Assembly (NCBI GenBank): GCA_965637545.1
Contig: OZ281496.1
Span: 8,246,001 to 8,310,000 of the forward strand
Source: Phallusia mammillata
Taxonomy: Eukaryota
Length of the DNA: 64,000 nucleotides
Reading direction: 5' to 3'
Shown: positions 25,881 to 37,700 of the stretch, piece after piece
Numbering within the stretch: position 1 is the stretch's first letter
How the letters are laid out: each line of letters starts with the position of its first letter
Made by a program: the position numbers and the translations under genes
The notes under the pieces: generated by a model
Database searches by the model: none
The model's input: the letters and a program-made list of their open reading frames with translations, nothing else
What the model was told of the DNA's origin: nothing

Positions 25881-27250
25881 CTTTAAACAAAGAGATATCT
25901 GAAGATTGTGGTAATTGATTCAATACATTTTTTTGCTTTTCTTTGTAAACAAACCAAGTTGAAGAATAAAAAGGCATTGTAAAAAAATGCAAATGTTTGT
26001 TTTGCAACTCCTCAGAACGCGTTTCTCTCCTCTTGCAACCAAGCAAGGTAGCACGAACAATTATCAAAGTGTCAGGAAGAGTCGTAAACCTCCAGCCAAC
26101 ATCAAGCATCATGCTCAGAGGAACCCGCCGCGTCTCAATTGTAGTATATGTACTGCCGAAGCAAGTATCGCATTTGAGGTTTTGTCATACCTGGTTGACG
26201 TATTTATGACACACACTATCGAAATGATCCCTAAAAGTATGATCTTAACGTTTGCAAATTAGTTCAGCAATAAGAATGAGGTGAAATTGTTTATGATTGT
26301 GGTGTGCTAATAATTTACATGCTTTGATTTCATATTCAACTTCACTTGTATTCGTTGGGTTCAAATTCCATCACGGTTCAGAAATTCAGAACCACGTCTT
26401 GCTACACTTTATTAGTTGAAATCTTGTCCCTAATTACAGGAATTCATTTACTTATACGCACATACAAACATTTGGTGATAGTATTATTTGAAACCATATT
26501 TCGAAATGTTGCTTTCTAAACGTGAAAAATCATAGATTGCAAAATTATTTCAGAAAAATGTTATATAGTTCATGCTTTACTACTTTACACTATTGTTTTG
26601 TGTTTACTGCCCACCCTTTTTTTCATGCAACAGTGTCTGCTTCATTTGGATTACGTTTTCAAGATACTTAGTGTAGGAATGATCTCCAAAAACACCTTTG
26701 TTTACGAATTTAGCAACCGATTGTATCTAAACTTTAACGGCCAGATATCCCAAATCTTTGCTCACTTGTTAAGAACGTTTTGTAGATTGGTTTTCAAGCT
26801 ATACAAGCAAATCGGGTTGCTGTGTCGAATGTATACGCCGTAAAATATTTATCGGTTGTAAATCTGATCCGATCTTTTTTTTAATTTTCACACAATCCAG
26901 GTTTACTTCAAGATAGTTTTATATTTACTTTGTCATGTATTGTATGCTATTATTTTTTCGGTTCAATTTGAAAAAAGTTTGGAATTTAAGAATGACAAAA
27001 AGTTTTCATCAAATTTAATAAGGACTGTGTTAAATTTTATATTGTAACTAAACTAATTGAACAAGCAACGTCTCTTTGTTTGTGGACATGTGTTTAACTC
27101 GGTTATATTGTACTGTAATAACAGCTGCGGGTGGTTTTCATCATAACAAAGTGTCAAAAAAGTCCGGAAACAAACGGTTGTTAAAAACTCGATTGTCGAG
27201 TTATATTCTAGTAATGGTTTGATGTTTCCTGTTCGTCAATTCCACTGAAA

Positions 27251-27397
27251 TCAGATACAATACGTGAGACGAGATCGGTTACAAATCCTAGCAAAACAAG
27301 TGTTATTAAGTCCTGGCCTGAACGGACTCAAAATATTATCTGCCTTTACATTTGCAACAAGAAAGAACATGAGAAAAACTAAAATATTCAAAGGCAT
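27251..27397 (-). CDS. Possible small secreted peptide, or first exon of an unknown gene
   Basis: MPLNILVFLMFFLVANVKA-DNILSPFRPGLNNTCFARICNRSRLTYCI*. The N-terminus resembles a signal peptide with a V-K-A cleavage site. No other support. Confidence 0.3.
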   Translation of the reverse strand: MPLNILVFLMFFLVANVKADNILSPFRPGLNNTCFARICNRSRLTYCI

Positions 27398-27728
27398 TTC
27401 CCGCAACGTTTTTTTTTTCGAAAACATAATTATTTTTGATATAATTGCCTTTAACTTGTCAAACAATAGGTACATTTAAAACTGGATGTATATTAGCCAT
27501 TATGTAGTAATTTTCGAGGGAATTAGCACACGCAGTTTGTAGGAACGATTTAAGCAGTGATGATAACGAAAACATCATCTACGTTATATACACACCAGAC
27601 TGGTTTCAGCTCAGCTACGTGTCGATTAACGAACATTTAAATGATCAGCAATTATATAATCTGAATTTTTATGTATAGAAACAGATCAATTTTGCGATAA
27701 AAAACCAGCGCACTAATTCAAGACATAT

Positions 27729-30700
27729 TTATCGATAAAATATCATAATTGTTGAATCCAAATCTCTCTTAGCATGAGCATAATCAACTGGAATCGTTTC
27801 GTTCAACAAGGTTCCTGGTAATCCGTTCCAATCTATATTAATTAACACAAACTAAATATATTACTAAACAACTATAAAATGGTATCTTTAATTAAATCAC
27901 GCTAAATTACTGGTGAAATCATTGCAGTCATCCAAGTAGGTAGAATCCGGGTTTTTCATTCCTCCAAAACAAACAAATTCGCTTCTCCAATCGTTAACCC
28001 TAAATAAATTACGAGAATGAAATCCTGTAAATTATTAAACTAATTATTAGGTATAAAAATAAACTGTGTCAACTACGTTTTTTTTAAAACGTTTTTTTTT
28101 AACAGAAGTGTCGCAATGTCACATAGCCATTTGTTCAATATTGCTGCAGAAAACGTAAACCAAATATACAATAAACGAAACTAATAAAAAAGCTTCATAA
28201 ACTATAGTATTTAGGGATCCAACCAAGTCAAATGACGACCCATTTGGTATTCAGATCAGGGGATTGGGGTGCACCGCACTGAACGAATGGATGCACGATT
28301 GGGTGTAACAGAATAGCGATAACCTTGTTAGCGATGGGGTGCTTGGTTTAGGCACGAGTATGTCCAACTACTTACTTAACAGCAGGACACAATGCGTAGA
28401 CGCTTCCAGTTCTTCCATAAGCACGAAACTGAATAAAACCGGTCGGGAGAGGTTTTACACTTGGTGGCAGCATCGAGTTAGCCACTGAATCGTTTCCGAT
28501 AGAAAATTGAACTGGTACTGAAAGTACGTCATCATCATAATAACAATCCGGACCTGAAGCAAAAAAAAAGAAAACGTGTGAAAGCCTTTTGGTTACTGAC
28601 TGGAAATGCACCTGCGATTTTAGAACCGGATTAATCGCGTACATTTTTGATATATTCACATGAATATCACTTCATAAAAAATTGAAACAATGTGCATCAT
28701 CTGTTAGTAAAAACTTTCGTTAACAAAACAAACAATGCTTTTAGATAGCATAGGATTTTTTTACTCACAAAAGTCAGTTTCTGAAATAATTTCCAATATT
28801 TTGTAGGTAACAGCGTTGATCTCTGTTTCAGGTATCATGACACCACTTTTTCTAGAAATAAAGTCAAAAATAACAACAGAATTTCGATGTCTGTGTTAGT
28901 AATACCACTACACACTGAGCAGTGAACAACAATTTACCTTGCAATCATTGTGTAACCACAAAGTGTGTTGGATGCAGCTTCACGAATTGTCCATCCAAAA
29001 TAATAATGAGTTGAATATGTGCTGTTGTACAATTCTGTGGTTGGCATTCCAGATGGCTTCCAAATGTATGTCGTAAACATTAAAAAATAGTAAGTCCTTT
29101 AACAAACGAACTCCTAAATGCTTAAGTTTAAACAAGGGGAAAATCATACAGCTAAAAACGCAAAGACTAAATTAATTTTCTGATGGTGCAAAAAAGTTCA
29201 AAGGTGGCAAACCCAACATACCTCATTTTTAATGACGTAAAACCAAACATCACACAAGCTTGCATTCAAAGTCCCGTTCCTACATTGTGCTTCATAATGG
29301 AAAAATAAATTGTTAAAGGTGTGATTTCCGTTGTACGCAACTGTTGAATCAGTATCTGGTCGATAAGCAAGAACCTAAAATATTAAAAGATTACGTGCAT
29401 TGTTTTATTTAACAATGTACGACCGCACTATTTCCTTACCCTTAATTTGAAATAGTCGAAACAGTTGTCAAAGTTTCCCATAACAAACAAGGCAAAAAAT
29501 GGATGCATTTTTCGACTCGATTGCATCGTGTTGCCAAGATCGCATCTTTATTGTTTGGCAGTAAAGTAAATATAAGATACAACAAAAAGGCAGGATATTT
29601 TTTACCAACCTATAATCCAATCCGTACGGAGAACATTTTCGATGTGTGTAGGTGTAAATCTGTATCATCCATTTTAGTTTTTTTTTAAAAACAAAAAAAT
29701 AGAATTTCAATAAGCAAACTTACTTCCATTCCATACCTTTCACCATACAGATTATTATCATGCAACTTATCAACTTGAGAACCATAAACATAGAAATAGA
29801 AATCAGTAATTACACTTGTGATTTCTATAGACTTAGCAGCACGTCGATCCAACATCGAATATACATCGGGGTAAAAAGCTAAAAAGTAGGAATGGAAATT
29901 ATGACTTCGGACCAAACCTACACAGCTTAACTATTTGTAAATCGCTTTAAAAAAATTGACTCCTATTGCAAGTTAGTTTATGTTTGCTTTTGTATCAGTC
30001 AGAAATGCCATCCGTGAATTATAAAAATATATAAAATTCTTCCTACATTTACATTTAAAATGCTTTTTTTACATTATAAGTTTTTTTTTACAGTCAGGTT
30101 TTGTGTCAGAAGTCCTGCAGGCAATCGGTTATACCTATTTATGAAAACAAAAACCATAACAGAAAACATTTTTCTCACTAATTTTTGGTTTCAGTGAATA
30201 GTGGTGATTAAAAATTCTATGCAAATTTCCTCCATAAGTTTCTAAAAATCCATTTGCCGATTGATATTGAAGGAAACTCTGCTCTCTGCTGACTACCAGT
30301 GGTGTTTGGTTTAAAACATGACGCAGCATTATGTCTTTTCCTTGTAAATTTTCTTAGTAATAAGATCAAAACAAATGTCTTTTTACAAACAATTTTTGCC
30401 TGATATTCAAAATAAGCTTGATTTTTAAAATCTGATCTTGTACAAGTAGCAAATGTTCCAAATGTATTTGTGTTCATCCAGTTTTGGTAATCTGAAATTA
30501 AAATGGTGGTCGGTGTTTGGATATCATGCTGTAAATCTAGTTTACCGTAAACAGCTTGATCTTTGTTTGACGTCGTAAGAAACCACATATCAGCATAAGT
30601 TTCTGTAGTACTAAAATTATTGTCGCTAATAGTGGCCGCGAGAATCCATCCACCACCAGCAGCTTTCATGTCACAATAAGCCTGAGGACAAGAGAAATGG

Positions 30701-33067
30701 AAACTAAGGTGATGTTACACCCAATGAGGACAAATACCGATTACTATGCTCCATTTTTTTGTTCACACAGATGTTATAAATACGACATACTCCAAAGTGA
30801 AATTTCTTGTCCTTTCAATTAAGAAGTCGACCCTAACCAACTACATTGAGTTCACATAATTGCAAATCACTTCAAAAAATACGCGTATCTTTCATGTTAA
30901 TCTTTCACAACAAGCTTTGGAAACAAGACCGACACCCCAATAAACTACTTGATACTTGAAACGATTTGAGTGATGGTTGTATGACGTAGATTCCATCTTT
31001 GAATCCAGCATCTCTCAGTTCAACACAAGAACGGGCAGGATTGGGGAAAGTACCGAGCGGTGGTTTTGTAGTCGCAGATTCAGTTGTATCGTAAGTTGTT
31101 TGTTTTGTTATATGTGCTGCTATCACCATGCAAAGACATTCTCAATTAGGAAGTAGGAGAAAAATAATGTAACTGCCAAAATGTCCATTTGTTAAAGTAT
31201 AATCTGTTCCTTTAGCCAATGTTCTCTTAGTGGTCTAAAAGAGTCCATTACGTAACCTCTGACAATCGGTTACCATGAAAACGTGGCTGCGGTCTATCGT
31301 TTGAAGCAACAATATTGGAAATTTGTAAATACACTCCCCAATTATTCTTTACACAAATGAAAACAAGAAGAAAGTATGAGGTTCTATAAATACCGAATGC
31401 TTATTATGACCAGAACTTAAGGGGGTCGATTAACAGAGTTCAATACACTCATTAGACCATGCAATTTGTTAAAACTCGATCAGAATATAAGAAAGAAAGA
31501 TCAGAAATGTAGTGCAGACTTAACCTCACAGCTTATACCACAAACACTTGAAACGTGAACCAATGCTTGATTTTAGAAAATAATTAACTTCAACACAATA
31601 AAGGAAACTTTTTTGTGTGACAAAATCGTTATAAATTAGACGTAGTTTCAATTGTTCTTTGCTAAAAAAAATCTCGTCGGCAAGAACAGTTTTGAAAAAC
31701 AAATAGTAAAGGCATTTTGTTGCAAACACTTTTACAATGTTTGACTTACCTTGGGAAGCTTCTTTGTTTGCTTTCTGAAATAGCAAACATAATAAGTCAA
31801 TAGCATTAGGACACAAAGCACACTTCATTTAGTTTATGTGACATTACACACCTGGTCTTTTTGGAAATGAAGTATTCCCAAAACTAGTCCCAAAGCAGCC
31901 AGGATTATAACTGCAAACACCAAAATCTTATTCATGTTAAAAGTTTTTTGATGACATGACGAATTTTTACTTTGTTTGCCGCTTGATTGTGTTGCAACAA
32001 CCTCTGCATAATAAGTACAGCATTCTATAGATTAGATAATTATGTAGACAACACAAGCTTTTATTAAATATGCAAGAAAAAATCTAATTCAACAGTTTTA
32101 TGCAAAACAAAGGCTAGAAAAAGTTATAAAATTAAAATTCAAGAGCCATATCAAATTGAGTATAAATTTTAGTTGCCTTTACTGCACTGTGATTTGGGCA
32201 TACATGGTAATACGGAACATAACACAAAAAAAGTATGAAAAACCTACCAAAATCTTGCACAGTTGTTACTGTGGGTCTAATTGCATCAATATTTTCTTCA
32301 CGTACACGTTTTCTTCACGCTGAAGGTTGAGCAAACATGTTTGTTAATACTCTTTGATCATCTTGTTCTGAAAACAAAAGTATTGAAGTTAATATTTATT
32401 TTTTACCCCACAAATTTTGGTCTGTTTTATTTAATTGAAGAAGTACACGTATGGTCGCATTTTAGACTTCAACATTTGATTATGTTGTTTGTTAAGCACA
32501 ACAAGTTGTGATGAACAATACCTATTTTGTTTGAACACTCAAAAGCACAGCAAGCTCAAATCTATGCTTTAGGGTAGGGGTGCATAACATGCAGCCACGT
32601 AGACGAATTTATGTGGCCGTAAACATGTGTATCAAAGTTCACGTACTGGCGACCGTGAATGGATTAAACCTCTTTTGCAGGACATTAAGCTTTTGCTGGA
32701 ATGGAAACATTTAGTTTTTGCTGACATGGAAAAACATATTATATCGCCCCAGACTTATTGTACGCATACTATTTGCAAACAAATTAACAAACAAGCAAAC
32801 ACACAACGTAACAATATACAACGGGGACATTTGGTCGTTGGTAAAATATACGATTTGTCCGTAATGGCGAAACGGTTGTGCACTTCCGATTTAGGGCTAA
32901 ATTTGGTAACATTTAATTGCAACCTTTTTCATAAAACAACACATATCTGTTCAAATAAAATGTTTACCTGTTTCCTTTGGAATAGTTTGAGCTTGTCGAA
33001 GTTGTTCTTCATTAAATTCAATTGATTCGTAGGTCACAGGGTCATTATTCACATATGCCTGAGACAT
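27729..33067 (-). pseudogene. Type II TM split-intelectin receptor, copy B (probably disabled)
   Basis: All 17 exon equivalents are present: first exon 32968-33067 (MSQAYVNNDPVTYESI...), TM exon 31852-32003, microexon 31750-31774, last exon 27729-27832. Lesions: in-frame TGA at 32315-32317 in exon 2 (skippable, phase 1-1); exon 8 acceptor one base out of phase (~30340); exon 13 acceptor is AC instead of AG (29067). Confidence 0.75.
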
Positions 33068-34777
33068 GTCTAACCTTATCAATTGCATGTAGCTGCAAGC
33101 ACACAAATGTGAAAGGTCTGAGTTTTGATGGTAACAGTTACTTGCTTTAAACCAACTTAATTCGCTCAAAAGACCATAGGTATTAATATGAAAAACGGTT
33201 TTTAACTGGTTAAAACCCATGCGTATATTTGCAAATTTTCACGTGATTTTTAATGGGTACAAGACTTTACTGTTACTTAAGCCTTCTTACAAAGTCACCC
33301 TGCTTGCAGATAAACTACCTCCGCCATGGTGGGCAGAAATATTAGTCAAAACAAACAGTGCCACATAAAACGACCGCAAATTCAATGCCTTTGTGTAGCC
33401 ATGATGCTGCGAATATACTACATGAATGGCAAGTGACAGTTTATTTTGATAAGCGCAGTTCGACGGTTGGGAGGTTGCCCAACTTGTTGATTCAGCTGTT
33501 TCGTGTTTTCGTTCTTGCCACATTAAGTTGAACTTGGTACTCTATGTCCAGGGTCTTGAAACATTGTTTGTCAAGTCAAAAATTGATTCGTATTATTATT
33601 TTAGGTCAAAATTTTATTTCGTAGCAATGTCAAAAAAGTTATGCATGTATTATTATTTTACCTAACAGTGGATAATTGCTTAATTGCTACTCATGTATAA
33701 ACACAAAAAATGACTTCGTTCGTCGGGTAGTGTGTACCTACCTCCAGGTACATTGTATTAGGGGAATTAGATATTAGCGAATTTTATTGAGTAAAAATTG
33801 CTTGTTAAAATCGTACATTCGACGCGTTACTAAATAAATCTTACATTAGGAAAACACCTGCGTAACTAATATATGTTTTTTTTTAGATAAGACCACTTTT
33901 TTTTCTTTTTTTTTCAGATTGGATATTTGATGGGCAATAACTTTAGTGTATAACTATAACATAACATTTGTTTTTCCCATTTATCTGAACTTCACGTTGG
34001 CAATAACTGTGTATCACTAAATGAAATATCTGGTAAACTTTATACTTCTGTGTATTTGCCAATAACTGTTATGCTTTGAATCACTGTCGGAATGAAAATA
34101 GTTGCAAATTTTGTCAAAAGTTATTTTGTTTGACGGAGAACGGACGCACAACCTAACGAGTGAACTAGTAGAATGGGAAATGTTCTAAAATATCTAAGCC
34201 GCAGTAATGAATCCGAATTCTCAAATGACGAAGTAGCTTTCACATATCTGTTGCGTGTTATTTCCTGTTAGGTTTATATTTGTCATAAATGTGTTTTATA
34301 CTACATTGTAACCTGTCAACAAATTTACCAATCGCCTGATGGCGGTTTTCTGGATTAAAGAGTAACTTTCGTCACAAGGACATATACTTCTTTCTGATGT
34401 ATAACGAGCTTTCCGACTTTCAGCAAATTAATCCAAACAATCGGTATGTCAGGCCTTTTCAATTCAAGTGACTTGGTAGATCGAATTAATCAACACGAAA
34501 CCATTTTTACATATTCTGCCTAATGTAGTGATTTTTGATTAAAGCAGATGAAATATAACAGAGAATTAGCACATACAGTTTGTACGCGGTTTAATCAGTG
34601 ATAATCTATCATCATCTACAATTTTCCATTATATATCGAACTTGAGTATTTAAGTATCAGAATTGAGTCAGGAAACACGGGTGGTCAAGATTTCAATGAA
34701 AATCGAATACATCAGCAGAATTTTTACATATAATTTTGCGATGACAAGCACTGAAAGTGACCCGATTCAAATCCTAT

Positions 34778-37700
34778 TTAGCGATAAAATATCATAATTG
34801 TTGAATCCAGGTCTCTCAGAGAATGAGCATAATCAACTGGAATCGTTTCGTTCAACAAGGTTCCTTGATATCCGTTCCAATCTACATTAAACAGAAACAC
34901 ATTTTTTAAACAAACAAATGTTGAGAAAACTATTATTTACTTGTAAAATCATTGCAGTCATCTAAATAGGGAGAATCTGGATTCTTCATTCCACCAATAC
35001 AAACAAATTCGCTTCTCCAATCTTTCACCCTAAATAAATAACAAATATTTTTGCTGCACGAATGCGTTAGTCAAAACGTCAAAGTATACAATAAGCGGTA
35101 CTCCGTTGTCGAATAGCTTCATGAACTATTGCAATCGACGACCCAACTAAATAACCACTCATTTTTAAATCGACACTTGGGAGTTTGGGTGCGCCGCACT
35201 AAACGATTGTTTAAATGCACGGATTATTCAAATATGGAAGGGTGTGATTGGAAAACATGGAGATGCCTCGTTTAACGAGAACGGTCGGTATTTGTTGCAG
35301 CTGTGCTGTAGCAACGGACTTAGCATCATGAACACCTTTTTCCAACACAGAGATGTTCACAAGTATACTTGGTATAGACCTAGTTTGGGGCAAAGATCTT
35401 TGATAGATTTTTACATTGTGTCGACTGACTTATTTTCTGATGTGTTGGACGTTCGAGTCAAACGCAGTGCTGAATTGTCAACTGATCACCACCTAGTGGT
35501 ATGTTCCTTACGATTTTGCGATCCTTGGCATAACAAGAAAATCCGTAAGTCAACCGTGGCATATAGGATCAAATGGGAGGCTTTGGAAGACAAAGAAGTA
35601 AGGAAGAAGTTTGCATCGAGCATGTCATCAAAGTTCAGACAACTTCCAGATGTATCTGAGGACATTGAGATGGAATGGGAATCATTCAAAACAGCCATAA
35701 TTTCTTCTGCTGCGGAAAGTTGCGGGCGAAAACGACTCAGAGTAACGAAGAACAAAAAGAAAACACCTTGGTGGAATGAGGATGTGAAACAAGTGATTAG
35801 TGCAAAGAAGGAGGCTTATAGGGCTTTGTTGCAACACAGGTCTTCATCTGAATTACAATCGCGTTACTCGGAAGCGCGGAGAGCTGCCACTTTAGCAGTT
35901 AAAAAGTCCAAAGAGAAATCTTGGGAGGAGTTTGGTCGACAGTTGGATTCCAACTACACATCGGCAAATAAAGTATTTTGGCAGACCATACGCCGTTTGC
36001 GTGGTAAGAGATCAAATGCCACAAGCTACATCAAAGACACAAATGGAAACATCATTCGTGAAGAAAGGGATATACTTGCACGATGGAGAGAATACTTTAA
36101 AGACCTTTTGAACCCAGTAAAGGCAACGCCAATTGATACACAGCAAATAGTCCAACCAGGAGAAGAGGAAGTCTTCACAGCAGTCGAAGTTGCAATAGCA
36201 GTACGAGGGCTAAAATCCGGAAAGGCAGCTGGTGAAGATGAAATCCGACCTGAAATGTTGAAAGCTCTTGGACGGGAAGGAATTCTGTGGTTAACACAAG
36301 TGTGTCAAGTGGCGTGGAAACTTGGCAAGACACCTAAAGACTGGCAAACGGGCGTAGTTATTCCCATTTTTAAAAAAGGCGATCGTAAGGAATGCACGAA
36401 CTACAGAGGAATATCGTTGCTTAGTTTGCCAGGAAAGGTGTATGCCAAATGCCTTGAACGAAAATGCCGAGAAATAGTGGAAACAAAACTGGAGGAGGGC
36501 CAGTGTGGTTTTCGTCCTGGTCGCAGCACTACGGACCAAATCTTCACATTGAAGCAAGTCTTCGAGAAATCATGGGAATATGCCAAAGACGTATTCGCAT
36601 GTTTCGTCGACCTTGAGAAGGCATTTGATCGGATTCCTCGAGAAAAGCTTTGGGGAGTACTACAGGAACATGGCATCAATGGCCAGCTGTTGCTGGCCAT
36701 AAAATCATTTTACAATCAGCCCGAGGTTTGTGTTCGCGTGAACGGCAAACAAACTAAACCATTCCATGTGGGGGTTGGTCTTCGGCAAGGATGTGTATTG
36801 TCACCACTCCTTTTCGTTATCTACATGAACTGGATTGACAAGTGCAGCCTAACTGATGATTGTGTCACGATTGGAAGCTTTAAAATTAGTCGTTTGCTTT
36901 TTGCAGTGATGGGAGACAAGACACCGAAATTGATTTTAGAACTGGAAAAGCAAGCTCTGTGATAAGGGCATTGCAGTTTTCGGTTGTCATGAAACGAGAA
37001 TTGTCAAAGAAGGCGAAGATGGCGATATTTAAAACCATCTTCATTCCCATACTCACTTATGGTCATGAGGCGTGGATCATGACCGAGAAGGTGCGATCAC
37101 AACTACAAGCATCTGAAATGAGGTTTTTGCGTAGGGTTGAACGGGTTACTTTACTTGACAAAGTACGTAGCTCCGAAATCCGCAAATCTCTGAGCGTCGA
37201 TCCTCTACTTCTCAAAATCGAACGATCCCAGCTGAAATGGTTTGGCCATGTTAACAGAATGCCTCAGAAAAGGCTTCCCAAACAATCTCTGTTTGCAAAA
37301 CCAAAAGGGAAGCGGCCCACTGGACGACCTCGAACTCGATGGTTAGATCAAGTTAAAAGCCTGTCCTGGAATCCCTTGGGAATTTATCCGGATGAACTGA
37401 AGGAAGTGGTGACTGACCGTGAAGTGTGGAGGCTCAATCGTGAGCTGCTGCCCCCGCGACCCTTAAAAGGATTAAGCGGGAAAGAAAAATGATGAATGAT
37501 GATGATTATTCAAATACATGAGTTATTAGCTCAAGAACCGTAATCTGGTTAGGTGCACGGTAGTAAGTTATCCACGAGTGCACCTAACTACCAATGTGTA
37601 AAAGCATTCTTACTCACTTAACAGCAGGACACATTGCGTAGACGCTCCCAGTTCTTCCATAAGCACGAAACTGAACAAAACCGGTCGGTAGAGGTTTTAC

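Noticed and set aside
25364-26112. ORFs 25364-25609 and 25711-26112
   Set aside because: They run through the GGTTCG-repeat MITE and are low-complexity translations of transposon subterminal repeats.
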